Of a stretch of 42,700 bases of DNA, positions 16,806 through 25,904 are shown one piece after another. This DNA is from Alphaproteobacteria bacterium (GTDB taxonomy: Bacteria; Pseudomonadota; Alphaproteobacteria; SMXS01). Position numbers and translations under genes: made by a program. The stretch lies in the NCBI GenBank assembly GCA_004356955.1, contig SMXS01000143.1:1-42700 (forward strand), in the 5' to 3' direction. The number at the start of each line of letters is the position of its first letter. The stretch's first letter is position 1. The notes under the pieces were generated by a model that worked only from the letters and a program-made list of their open reading frames with translations, had not been told where the DNA came from and did no database searches.

Positions 16806-17243
16806 ATGGCACGAAGCGACTTTAAATTCTTCCACACCATGCGGGTGCGGTATTCCGAGATCGACCATCAGGGTGTGGTGTTCAACGCCCACTACCTGAC
16901 CTATCTGGATGTCGGGCACACGGAATATATGCGGTCGATGAGGTATAATTACAGTGCCGCCGTCAAAGAAACAGGCATCGACTTTCATCTGGTCAAAGCC
17001 ACGGTGGAGTTCAAAGCCCCGCTCTATTTCGACCAAGAATTTGACGTCGGCATACGCGTTGCGCGACTGGGCAATACCAGCATAACCATTATCTATGAGA
17101 TCTATAAGACCGGCACGGATGACCTGGTGGCTTGTGGAGAAAAAGTAGACGTCTGCGTTTATCTGGAAGGGCACAAGCCGGTGCAAATCCCCGAGGGATT
17201 CCGTAAGGCCATGGAAGAGTTTGAGGGTAAGGAATTGTCCTAA
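16806..17243 (+). CDS. Acyl-CoA thioesterase, 4HBT/YbgC hot-dog family, 145 aa
   Basis: FFHTMRVRYSEIDHQGVVFNAHYLTYLD is typical of YbgC/FadM-like thioesterases. The start is uncertain; an alternative ATG lies near 16772. Confidence 0.8.
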   Translation: MARSDFKFFHTMRVRYSEIDHQGVVFNAHYLTYLDVGHTEYMRSMRYNYSAAVKETGIDFHLVKATVEFKAPLYFDQEFDVGIRVARLGNTSITIIYEIYKTGTDDLVACGEKVDVCVYLEGHKPVQIPEGFRKAMEEFEGKELS

Positions 17244-17845
17244 AGCCTGGCAAGCACGTCCCGCACCAGGACCAACCGGTCATTGCCAAAATACATATCG
17301 CTGTCGTTGATATAGATGGTGGGCGAGCCAAAGCCGCCGCGGTCCATCAGTTCCTGCGTATTGTCCTTCAATCTGTCTTTGTTGGCCTGGTCGGCAATGC
17401 CATCGAAGAACAGCGCCTCGCCTAACCCGACTTGGCTGCAAATTTCCGCCAGAACAGCGTCATCGGCGATATCACGGTCGTCCCGCCAATAGGCCTCGAA
17501 CACCTTGGTCGCAAACGGCACGAGGATACCTTGCGCTTCGGCAATAAAACATCCGCGCATGGCCTTGACGCTGTTGACCGGAAAGATGCTGGGCGGATGG
17601 TTGACAATAATCCCCGCGAGTTTGGCCCACTGCTTCAGATCTTTGCTCAGATAATTTGCCTTGGACGGGATCATGTTCTCCCGCATTTCGTAGACGCCGC
17701 CATTGATGGCGTTGAAGACCCCACCCACCAGAATGGGTCGCCAAATGATATCGACGCCAAATTCGGCAGCTATTGGCTGGATATTGGTGAAGCCCAGATA
17801 GGTCCAGGGGCTGGAACAATCGAAGAAAAATTCTAGCTTTATCAT
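17240..17845 (-). CDS. 2-hydroxychromene-2-carboxylate isomerase / DsbA-like thioredoxin-fold family protein, 201 aa
   Basis: FFFDCSSPWTYLGF and GGFGSPTIYIND..YFGNDRL motifs. ATG 17845 overlaps the MFS stop codon by 1 nt (TGATG). Confidence 0.82.
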   Translation of the reverse strand: MIKLEFFFDCSSPWTYLGFTNIQPIAAEFGVDIIWRPILVGGVFNAINGGVYEMRENMIPSKANYLSKDLKQWAKLAGIIVNHPPSIFPVNSVKAMRGCFIAEAQGILVPFATKVFEAYWRDDRDIADDAVLAEICSQVGLGEALFFDGIADQANKDRLKDNTQELMDRGGFGSPTIYINDSDMYFGNDRLVLVRDVLARL

Positions 17846-19107
17846 CAACGGTGCCTCTGTAGGTCCTCTGTCCGCCCCAGACCATACCGGTTAACCATAT
17901 AGAAAACGAGGGCGATCGCCAGGGCCAGATAGACCATGCTGCCAATGACGACGGCCTGCACACTGATCCCCCAATCGAACATTACACCCATGGTATAAGG
18001 CGCCAGTGCCGAGGCAATCATGAAGACAGAGCTGTTAACCGCCCGCACCGTGCCAATGTGCCGTGCCCCAAACATCGCAGGCCACATCGACCCGCCCACA
18101 GGCACGCCGGCCCCCAAGCCAAAACCCGCGAGGCCCATATAGAAATAGGCAGCAATGTGGCTGTCAAACAGGACAATGCAAGATAGCCCCAACAACACCA
18201 GAATATGGTGGGCTGGCATAAAGGGTTTCACGCCGTATTTGTCGACCAAATTTCCCATGGCCATCGTCGAGATGAAACTGCACCCGGCAAAGGCAATGAA
18301 GGCCTCGGGCAGGGCAGAGTCGGGCCATCCTTTTGCGTCTGTCAAAAACTGCCGATGAAAAATCAGCCCCGTCATGATGAACGGCATGGACACAGACAGC
18401 GGCATAATCATGAAGTAGCGCGGGTCGCGCAGCATGACGCGGCGGACCCAGCCTTTGTCAGTACCGGTCTGGGCGGCAGCTGTCTCAAGCCCCTCTTCAG
18501 TTTCTGTCAGGAATTTTTTGTGGCGGTCGCCGTGACCTACCAGCAGCCACATGGTCAAAGGGATCAGCACGATGATAAGGAAAATACCGTTGGTGAACCA
18601 GGCATCGCGCCAACCCAGGGCAGCAACCATCGTAAAGGCGATATAGGGAAAGCTGGTCTGCGCCAGCGACATGCCCATCGAGGCCACCGACATGGCCTTG
18701 CCGCGCTCTTTCTCGAAATAGCGGGCCATGCTTGTATAGGACGCATGCACCATCAGGCCCTGCCCTGACAGGCGCAGCAAGAAGAAAGCAAAAAACAGAA
18801 CCCCGACATTGGGGGCAAAAGACAGGGTGAAGCTCCCGGCAATTAACCCCAGGCAAACCAGAACAGTGAACAGGCGCAGGTCCACATCGTCGATTTTGCG
18901 GCCAATCCAAGCCATCAAGCCACCAGCCAAAAGCGTCGCTGCCGAAAAGAACAGCCCGACATCACCGTGGCTCAGGTCAAATTCAACCTGCAAATCGGCG
19001 ACAAATTCGGCAATAAAATAGGTTTGTCCAAAGCTGGAAAAAAACAGCATCACGAACCCAAAGCCAAGAAAGCGCGGATTCGACAGAATGAAGGTCAGGT
19101 AATTCAT
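17845..19107 (-). CDS. MFS transporter, 420 aa
   Basis: About 12 hydrophobic segments and a conserved loop, MAWIGRKIDDVDLR (the D-R-x-G-R-like MFS motif). Confidence 0.85.
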   Translation of the reverse strand: MNYLTFILSNPRFLGFGFVMLFFSSFGQTYFIAEFVADLQVEFDLSHGDVGLFFSAATLLAGGLMAWIGRKIDDVDLRLFTVLVCLGLIAGSFTLSFAPNVGVLFFAFFLLRLSGQGLMVHASYTSMARYFEKERGKAMSVASMGMSLAQTSFPYIAFTMVAALGWRDAWFTNGIFLIIVLIPLTMWLLVGHGDRHKKFLTETEEGLETAAAQTGTDKGWVRRVMLRDPRYFMIMPLSVSMPFIMTGLIFHRQFLTDAKGWPDSALPEAFIAFAGCSFISTMAMGNLVDKYGVKPFMPAHHILVLLGLSCIVLFDSHIAAYFYMGLAGFGLGAGVPVGGSMWPAMFGARHIGTVRAVNSSVFMIASALAPYTMGVMFDWGISVQAVVIGSMVYLALAIALVFYMVNRYGLGRTEDLQRHR

Positions 19108-19200
19108 GAAACGGGCGATCAGAAAAAGTAGTAATAGATGTGTTGTCGTGTTGGTCGTGGCATAAATAGGCCAACCTTCCTTTGATGTATAGAGAGACCC

Positions 19201-19263
19201 ATGACGGCCATTCCTGAAAAAATGACGGCCAATCCTGAAAACATGACGGCCAATCCTGAAACC
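19201..19263 (+). repeat. In-frame 21-bp tandem triplication, ATGACGGCCA(A/T)TCCTGAAAAN, each copy containing an ATG
   Basis: Units at 19201-19221, 19222-19242 and 19243-19263 encode MTAIPEK / MTANPEN / MTANPET. Confidence 0.95.
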
Positions 19264-19707
19264 TGGCGCTACTTTGAAGATCTGATCATTGGCGAACGAT
19301 CAACGTCCAAGACCATGATTTTAGACAAGGACAAGATGGTGGCCTTTGCCCGGGAATATGATCCGCAGTTCTTCCACGCCGATGAAGAAGCCGCCGCAGG
19401 CCACAAAGTGTTTGAGGGCCTGACATCCAGCGGCATCTATACCGCTGCCCTGTGGCGCATTCTCGACCATGATATCTTTTCAGATGTTGCCTGGGTATGC
19501 GGCCTGGGTTGGGACGAGGTGCGCTGGCGCAAGCCTCTGCGGCCTGGCGATGCAATCTATGCCACGGCCGAGGTCATCGAAAAACGACCCTGGAAGAAGG
19601 ACGACACAATTGGCCGCGTGACCATACGCCACGAACTGGTGAACCAGCATGGCGACATCGTCTTCCATTATTTTGGGGACAGTTTGGTGAACCGCCGTCC
19701 GGCCTAA
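19201..19707 (+). CDS. MaoC-like (R)-specific enoyl-CoA hydratase / hot-dog dehydratase, up to 168 aa
   Basis: FAREYDPQFFHADEEAA and RPGDAIYATAEVIEKR match the MaoC dehydratase pattern. The N-terminus is a 3x 7-aa repeat offering three alternative ATGs. Confidence 0.85.
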   Translation: MTAIPEKMTANPENMTANPETWRYFEDLIIGERSTSKTMILDKDKMVAFAREYDPQFFHADEEAAAGHKVFEGLTSSGIYTAALWRILDHDIFSDVAWVCGLGWDEVRWRKPLRPGDAIYATAEVIEKRPWKKDDTIGRVTIRHELVNQHGDIVFHYFGDSLVNRRPA

Positions 19708-20362
19708 TCGTCGCCCTTCAACAACCAGCCAAACACCATGGTCGCCACCATGGCACCAACAAGCTGCATGACAATAAACATGGGCACATCGACCATCTGA
19801 ATGCCGGCAAATGTATCGCTGAGACCCCGGGCGATAGTCACAGCCGGGTTGGCAAAGGACGTCGACGACGTGAACCAATAGGCCGAAGTGATGTACAGGC
19901 CGACCGCATAGGGTACAGCGTCGGCCCGAAAACGCAGGCAGCCCAGGATCGTCGCCAGCAAGCCGAAAGTTGCGACGAATTCACCGACATATTGGCCCAG
20001 CCCCGTCCTGACAATGGTGCTGTCCTGAATCAGCGGCAGCCCGAACATTAAGTGTGCAACGACAACCCCCAGCACGCCGCCAATGACTTGGGCAGCTATA
20101 TAGGCCCTGCCGTCGGTGACGCTGATCTGTTTGCTGATTAAAAAAGACAGGGTCACAGCGGGTTGAAATGCCCCCCGGAAATCGGCCTAAATATCAGGAT
20201 GAGGACTGTCAGGGCGGCACCCGTGGCAATGGCATTGGCCAACAAGGCAAGGCCATCATTCCCACCGGATGGATTGTCCGCCATGATGCCAGAGCCGACG
20301 ACCGCGGCCAGCAAAAAGAACGTGCCGATGAATTCGGCAGTCAATCGGCGGGACAGGTTCAT
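19704..20362 (-). pseudogene. MIP-family aquaglyceroporin (AqpS-like) interrupted by a 1-nt frameshift inside the first NPA motif
   Basis: ORFs 20153..20362 (...ISGGHFNPL stop) and 19704..20156 (TLSFLISKQ...NPAVTIAR) join as GGHFNP-AVTLSFL if one C is restored in the C-run at about 20160-20162. The second NPA box is intact. Confidence 0.85.
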
Positions 20363-20850
20363 GTGACAGAGGATTCCAATTTAGCGCCAATGCTAAGGCG
20401 CAAGTCGGGCCCACTGACCCCGTCGATGGGGACATCCATCAGCGCTGTCACAAAGGCCATTATCTGCTCGTACACATCCATGAAGGCGACTTTGATGGCC
20501 CCGTCATCTGCCTCGGCTGCCGGGTCGGGGAAGCCCCAATGAAACTGTTGTGGGGTGCCGGGCCAGACCGGGCAGGTTTCGCCCGCCGCCTGATCACAAA
20601 GCGTGATCACCAGGTCGACTTCTGGCGCTGATGGTGTTGTGAATTCATCCCAGGACTTCGACCGCGTATGGGCCACATCGTCATAGCCCAGCACCTTGAG
20701 CATCGCCACCGCATAAGGATTGACCACACCTGTTGGATTGCTGCCGGCGCTAAAGGCCTGGAAGCGGCCTTCGCCCAACCTGTTCAGGATGGTTTCCGCC
20801 ATAATGCTGCGGGCTGAATTGCCGGTACAAAGAAACAGAACATTGATCAT
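20359..20850 (-). CDS. arsC: Arsenate reductase, LMW-PTPase (thioredoxin-coupled) type
   Basis: VLFLCTGNSARS (CX5R P-loop) and LCDQAAGETCP (second cysteine pair). The stop overlaps the aquaporin ATG (ATGA). The start is either ATG 20850 or TTG 20865. Confidence 0.88.
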   Translation of the reverse strand: MINVLFLCTGNSARSIMAETILNRLGEGRFQAFSAGSNPTGVVNPYAVAMLKVLGYDDVAHTRSKSWDEFTTPSAPEVDLVITLCDQAAGETCPVWPGTPQQFHWGFPDPAAEADDGAIKVAFMDVYEQIMAFVTALMDVPIDGVSGPDLRLSIGAKLESSVT

Positions 20851-20875
20851 GGGCTGATACTGCAATCCTTAGAAG

Positions 20876-20914
20876 CCAAAGAAAAGGGCCGCCCGGACAT
20901 TATCCAGACGGCCC
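20876..20914 (-). terminator. Rho-independent terminator of the D-aminoacylase-like gene
   Basis: Minus strand reads GGGCCGTCTGG-ataatgt-CCGGGCGGCCC followed by TTTTCTTTGG. Both mismatches are G-U wobbles only on the minus strand. Confidence 0.75.
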
Positions 20915-20947
20915 TGATATTACTGTGATGTGATGCTTTGAGGTCGG

Positions 20948-22606
20948 TTAGATAATCTGACCAACCATGGCACCCGAATAGCCATTGGCATCATGCACGA
21001 CAGCGCCATTGATCATCACCGTATCGACACCCGTGGGGTGCCGGACATAACGGTTGGCATTGCCGGGGAAGTCATTGACGAATTCTTCTTCACCCCGATC
21101 GATGGTTTTTGGATCAAAGATCACAATATCGGCGGCCATGCCTTCTTTCAGCAAACCACGGCCCTTGATGCCCCATGCTTCGGCGACCTCGTGGGTCATA
21201 CGATAAACCGCACGTTCCAGCGTCATATCGCCGCGTTCACGGACATATTTGGACAGAATGTGACAGGTATCACCGGCACCCGCGAACTGGGCAATATGCG
21301 CACCTGCGTCAGAGGCACCAACATGGCACAAGGGGTGATCCAGGATTTTGGCGACATAGTCTTCGTCACCGTGGATCGCGCCTTTTACCTGAAACTCGGT
21401 CTTCAACCCGTCCGCGTTTGCCAGGTCAAGCACGACACGGCCAATAGACACGCCCCGCTCAGCGGCAATTTCGCTAACCAGCCGACCTTCGCAGTCCTTG
21501 TTTTCTTCGGTATAGACTTCGCCAACCCACATATTGGCGGCAATGGGAAACTGATCCATGGCCACAATCATCTCGTCCTGATTTTCGGGGTCACCATAGC
21601 TGGCAATGCGCTCATCAATCGGCATTTTGTGATGCTTGCCCCAACTCGGCATGCCCATCAGCAACATGGAATTTTCTGACAGACGCATGTTGAGATCAAA
21701 AGGCCGCGGCATGGACTGGCCATAGACTGTCGCACCATCGGCGTTGACTTCTTCCAGCTTGTCGAGGCTTTCGCGCCACAAGTCACTGATGGGGCTGTAG
21801 ATGATTGGCGCCAAAGTGCACATGATGCCGGCTTCTTTTGAAATTTCGGCCAGCTCTTCGATGCACTTGATCTGTTCGCCCGGCACAATGAAGTTTGGCA
21901 CGGTCTGCATAACACCGCGGCCGGTTTCAGCCATGGCCTTGGCCAGGGCAACCTTTTCGCGATAATCAGCAAGGCGGCTAGGCACTGGTTTGAAGTTTTC
22001 ATCAACGTCCACATAAGACGTCGACAGGCCAATGGCGCCCGCATTCATGGCTTCCTTCAAGAGTTCGCACATGCGGTCGAGTTCTTCATCTGTGGAAACA
22101 CGTTCCTGCGAATCGTCGCCCATGACGTAATAGCGCAGGGTAGAGTGGCCCACCATAGCGCCAACATTGATGCCCAAGCCATCGCGCACAAAGTCGAGAT
22201 ATTCTGGGAACGATTCCCAAGACCAGGGCACGCCCTCGTCGAATGTTGCGTTGCCAATATCTTCGATCACGCGGAACATCGAAACCAACTTGTCGGATTC
22301 TTTCTTGCCTTTAACTGGGGCCACGGACAGCGAGCAATTGCCCATGATAACGGATGTACAGCCATGTTCGATAGAAGGTGTCGCCAGTTTGTCCCAACAG
22401 ATCTGCGGGTCATAATGGGTATGGATATCGATAAAGCCTGGTGACACAACCTGGCCCTTTGCATCAATGATGCGATCGGCGTCGATAGTGACGTCGCCAA
22501 CACCGGTGATTTTGCCGTCTTCAATGGCAACATTGCCCTCAAATGGGGCATTACCAGAGCCATCGACAATAAGGGCGTTGGTAATTAGAATTGATCCCGT
22601 GCTCAT
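20948..22606 (-). CDS. N-acyl-D-amino-acid deacylase (D-aminoacylase) family amidohydrolase, 552 aa
   Basis: ILITNALIVDGSG, SPGFIDIHTHYD and the C-terminal GMAADIVIFDP pattern. GGAGA lies 8 nt upstream of the ATG. Confidence 0.88.
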   Translation of the reverse strand: MSTGSILITNALIVDGSGNAPFEGNVAIEDGKITGVGDVTIDADRIIDAKGQVVSPGFIDIHTHYDPQICWDKLATPSIEHGCTSVIMGNCSLSVAPVKGKKESDKLVSMFRVIEDIGNATFDEGVPWSWESFPEYLDFVRDGLGINVGAMVGHSTLRYYVMGDDSQERVSTDEELDRMCELLKEAMNAGAIGLSTSYVDVDENFKPVPSRLADYREKVALAKAMAETGRGVMQTVPNFIVPGEQIKCIEELAEISKEAGIMCTLAPIIYSPISDLWRESLDKLEEVNADGATVYGQSMPRPFDLNMRLSENSMLLMGMPSWGKHHKMPIDERIASYGDPENQDEMIVAMDQFPIAANMWVGEVYTEENKDCEGRLVSEIAAERGVSIGRVVLDLANADGLKTEFQVKGAIHGDEDYVAKILDHPLCHVGASDAGAHIAQFAGAGDTCHILSKYVRERGDMTLERAVYRMTHEVAEAWGIKGRGLLKEGMAADIVIFDPKTIDRGEEEFVNDFPGNANRYVRHPTGVDTVMINGAVVHDANGYSGAMVGQII

Positions 22607-22700
22607 GCGTGAGTTCTCCTAAATTGTGCGGTTCGTCGCGGTATAGATTCGTTTCAGACCGGCGATCATATAGAGGGCACCGATTAGTTGCAAATGCCGT

Positions 22701-23825
22701 CTAGTCGTCTTCCCGCTCGAGGGGTGCAACCCACATATAGATCTTGTGATCAGCCCTGCTACCGGGGGAAGCTGGCATGGTCACCAATGTTTGCTGGCGA
22801 ATGCCGGGTAGCGCGTATTGGTGGCTGATGATGCGGGCACCCGGTCGCATCACCATCAATTGCGGCACGAGTTTGCGGTTCATGGCGGGGCTGAGGTAAA
22901 GCGTCACGACATCGGCGTCCGACAGGTCCGCACTGAACAAATCATCACCGCGCACCTGCACCAGTGACTGCACCCCCGCCTCTTGGGCCTTGTGTATCGA
23001 CAAGGCGATCAATTGCGGGTCGATTTCGTAACCAATACTGAGCGCCCCGTAGTCGCGGGCCGCACCGATCAGAATGCGCCCGTCGCCCGAGCCTAGATCG
23101 TACAATTTCTGTTCGGCAGACAAATTGGCAAGACGCAACATTTCTGCCACCACGGGCATAGGCGTGGATGCAAACCCAATCGCAGGTCCCGGTGGCAGGC
23201 CTGCGGTCTGGCCATTTTGCGGGCCCAACCCGCGGGCATCTGCCAATGGCACCGACCATACATAAACCGTATGAACAGTATCCGGGTCGCTCCTTGGTTT
23301 TACCTGGATGATCTTCTCTGGCACCTGGTCTGGCAGGACAAAGTCATGACTGATGATCAATGCGCCCGGTTTCATCTCGCGTAATTGTGGCAACAATTGC
23401 GCGTTCAATGCCTCGCTAAGGTAAAGCGTGACGACATCGGCCTCTGCCAGATCGAGCGTAAAAATATCGGCCTGGTCGATGCGGACCATATCGCCAACAC
23501 CCGCTGCATCAACATTGGCCCGCGACAATGCAACCAGCGCATCATCCAGCTCAAACCCAATGGCGCGCCCGCCATATTGCAGACCGGCCTCGATGACAAT
23601 ACGCCCGTCACCTGATCCCAAATCGTAGAGGACCTGACCAGGCTGCAGATTTGCCAGCTCTAACATGCGGTCAACCACATCGTCCGGGGTCGATACAAAA
23701 TCGCTGGGGATTGGCATGGGTTCGTCAATCGGCGGGTCCGAAGACAGGCTTTCCCACAGGCCCCAAGTGACCAGCCCTGCAGCAATTGCGGCCGCTCCAA
23801 CCAAAATTTTCTTCGATATTGTCAT
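22701..23825 (-). CDS. Membrane-anchored protein with two tandem class I SAM-dependent methyltransferase domains (FAM173/ATPSCKMT-like lysine-methyltransferase fold)
   Basis: An N-terminal transmembrane helix (KKILVGAAAIAAGLVTWGLW) is followed by two paralogous modules: FVSTPDDVVDRMLELANL..LYDLGSGDGRIVI..DVVTLYLS and FASTPMPVVAEMLRLANL..LYDLGSGDGRILI..DVVTLYLS. The start is either ATG 23825 or ATG 23840. Confidence 0.8.
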   Translation of the reverse strand: MTISKKILVGAAAIAAGLVTWGLWESLSSDPPIDEPMPIPSDFVSTPDDVVDRMLELANLQPGQVLYDLGSGDGRIVIEAGLQYGGRAIGFELDDALVALSRANVDAAGVGDMVRIDQADIFTLDLAEADVVTLYLSEALNAQLLPQLREMKPGALIISHDFVLPDQVPEKIIQVKPRSDPDTVHTVYVWSVPLADARGLGPQNGQTAGLPPGPAIGFASTPMPVVAEMLRLANLSAEQKLYDLGSGDGRILIGAARDYGALSIGYEIDPQLIALSIHKAQEAGVQSLVQVRGDDLFSADLSDADVVTLYLSPAMNRKLVPQLMVMRPGARIISHQYALPGIRQQTLVTMPASPGSRADHKIYMWVAPLEREDD

Positions 23826-23991
23826 AGTGACATGGACCATTACCTGATCAGACTGATGGATCAAGGATGGTCTGCTATTTTCTGGCGAATTCCAGCACCT
23901 GGGAACCCGCATAGCCATCGCAACAATATGCCGCATTTGGGCCTGTCATTCGCCGCTTGCGATGCTGAATCAATTCTGAGAGTCTTGCCGC

Positions 23992-25592
23992 ATGGGTATT
24001 CTTTCCAAGTTTCCTGCACATCCTGTATTTATCGCCCTGCTCTTCTGGCTCAGCCCCTATGAGCAAAACTGGACCGAACTGATTTTCGCTGAGACATGGC
24101 GATCAGGCGTTTTTCTTGTTGTTGCTGCAGCCATTCTGACAACACTCATCTGGGTTTATACCAAGAACTGGGGGCGGGCGGGATTGGCCGCCTCCTTAAT
24201 ACTATTTGCCATTCTGTTCTATGGGGAGCTGTTCGACAGTCTCTACATCACTTCAGGCGGCATCTTGTCCAACTTCTGGTTTGCCACAGGATGGATTGGG
24301 CTACTGGGCTTTTTGATTGTCGGGGTTTTGCGGGAAAATTCAGATTTCAAATCCTTTACCCTGCTGCTGAATGTGATGCTATTCGTGGTTCTTTTGCCAC
24401 CAACTCAGCATCTCATGAGCAAGTCATCTGGTGATTTTTTGATCCCCCAACCTGCTGATTATCTTTCCGACAGTGAACTTGCTACGCTGGAAGATTCGGG
24501 CAGGAATGTCGAAGACAAGCCCGATATCTTCTTCCTGATCTTTGACCGCTTCGCCAGCGACGAAACACTGTTAAACCGCTATGGATATGACAATTCCAGT
24601 TTCTCAGACGCCCTACGTCGCCAGGGTTTCTATGTGGCAGACGAAGCACATGCGAACTACACAAAAACAGCGTTCTCGCTTGCATCCAGCCTGAACCTTA
24701 CCCATCTTGACTTTCTGTCAGAGAAAATTGGCGAAGGATCCGGCGACTGGCGCCCAGCCCATTCGATGATTAGAAACCATCAGGTCGGGAAGTATCTGGT
24801 AGACCGAAACTATCAGTATCTCCATATTGGCTCTGCATGGGGTCCCACGCGGAAAAGCGCTTTGGCGCATGTCAATTATTCAGGGGCCACCCCCAACCAC
24901 AAAACCCGCGAATATCTCAACGAGTTCGAGTTGTACATTCTAAGCGATACTCTGATAGATCGCATTGTCGACAACAGAATTACAGGACGCCGATCTAATT
25001 TGTTCCGACGCCAGTACGAAAGGGTCAAACTGAAGTTTGACTATTTGCGATCAATCCCCCAGGACAATTCACCTCGGTTCATCTTCGCCCACCTGCTGTT
25101 GCCCATTCACCCTTCGTGTTTCAGGCTGACGGTAGCTTTCTGCCACCAGAACAGCTGATGTACACAACAAATGATGCCAACTATATCAATCAGTTGAAAT
25201 ATGGGGCCGATGAAATCCTGAAATTGGTCAACATTCTTCTGCGAAGAAATCCGCAACCCGTGATCATCATTCAGGCTGATGAAGGACCCTTTCCGGATCG
25301 ATACAGGCTTGACGAATTGACCTTCGACTGGCGCGAAGCAACCGACGACGAATTTAGACAAAAGTTTGGCATCCCGACTGCCTACTATTTCCCTGATCGT
25401 GACTATGCTGCGTTGCACCCCCGTATCACGCCCGTAAACACGTTCCGCATTTTGTTCAGCAAATATTTTGGTGCCGATCTTCCCCCTCTCGCCGACAAAA
25501 GTTATTCCATCACGTCGGACAATGATTTGTATTCACTATTTGAAATTACGGACAAATTCAGAACACACGATGGTGACAAGCTAAATCCGTAA
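23992..25592 (+). pseudogene. Polytopic membrane protein with a C-terminal sulfatase-like (alkaline-phosphatase superfamily, LTA-synthase/phosphotransferase-like) domain. Split by a 1-nt frameshift near 25102-25112.
   Basis: ORF 23992..25158 has transmembrane helices and then DKPDIFFLIFDRFASD...RFIFAHLLLP. ORF 25116..25592 continues with FVFQADGSFLPPEQ...IIIQADEGP. Restoring one C in the CCC run at 25102-25104 gives AHLLLPHSPFVFQADGSF. Confidence 0.75.
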
Positions 25593-25598
25593 TTTTAG

Positions 25599-25612
25599 TG
25601 ATTCGCGAATCA
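25599..25612. promoter_or_regulatory. Perfect 14-bp palindrome TGATTCGCGAATCA. Candidate operator between the sulfatase-like gene and the small membrane-protein gene.
   Basis: Read directly. It lies 7 nt after the upstream stop codon and 68 nt before the next ATG. Confidence 0.3.
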
Positions 25613-25679
25613 AAATTTCCTAATGTGGTCATTAACATGTGCCTGAGCTGGCCCGCATAGACCAAAAGTGAGGATTTTC

Positions 25680-25895
25680 ATGAGATATATCAGTCATTTG
25701 CTTGCGACCACTATGGTTCTCTCTGTCACAGCTATTGCACCGGCGCAGGCGTATCTTGATCCGGGGACCGGCAGCATCATCCTGCAGCTCATACTGGGCG
25801 GTGTCGCAGGTGTCATGGTTGTCATGAAGCTGTACTGGCATCGCTTGCTGTCTTTTTTTGGTCGTGGGGACAGCTCCTCAGACGCTGACGAATAA
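25680..25895 (+). CDS. Small membrane protein, 71 aa, with a signal-like N-terminus followed by AYLDPGTGS and one transmembrane helix
   Basis: MRYISHLLATTMVLSVTAIAPAQAYLDPGTGSIILQLILGGVAGVMVVMKLYW. GAGGA lies 5 nt upstream of ATG 25680. Confidence 0.6.
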   Translation: MRYISHLLATTMVLSVTAIAPAQAYLDPGTGSIILQLILGGVAGVMVVMKLYWHRLLSFFGRGDSSSDADE

Positions 25896-25904
25896 GGCAC
25901 GCTA

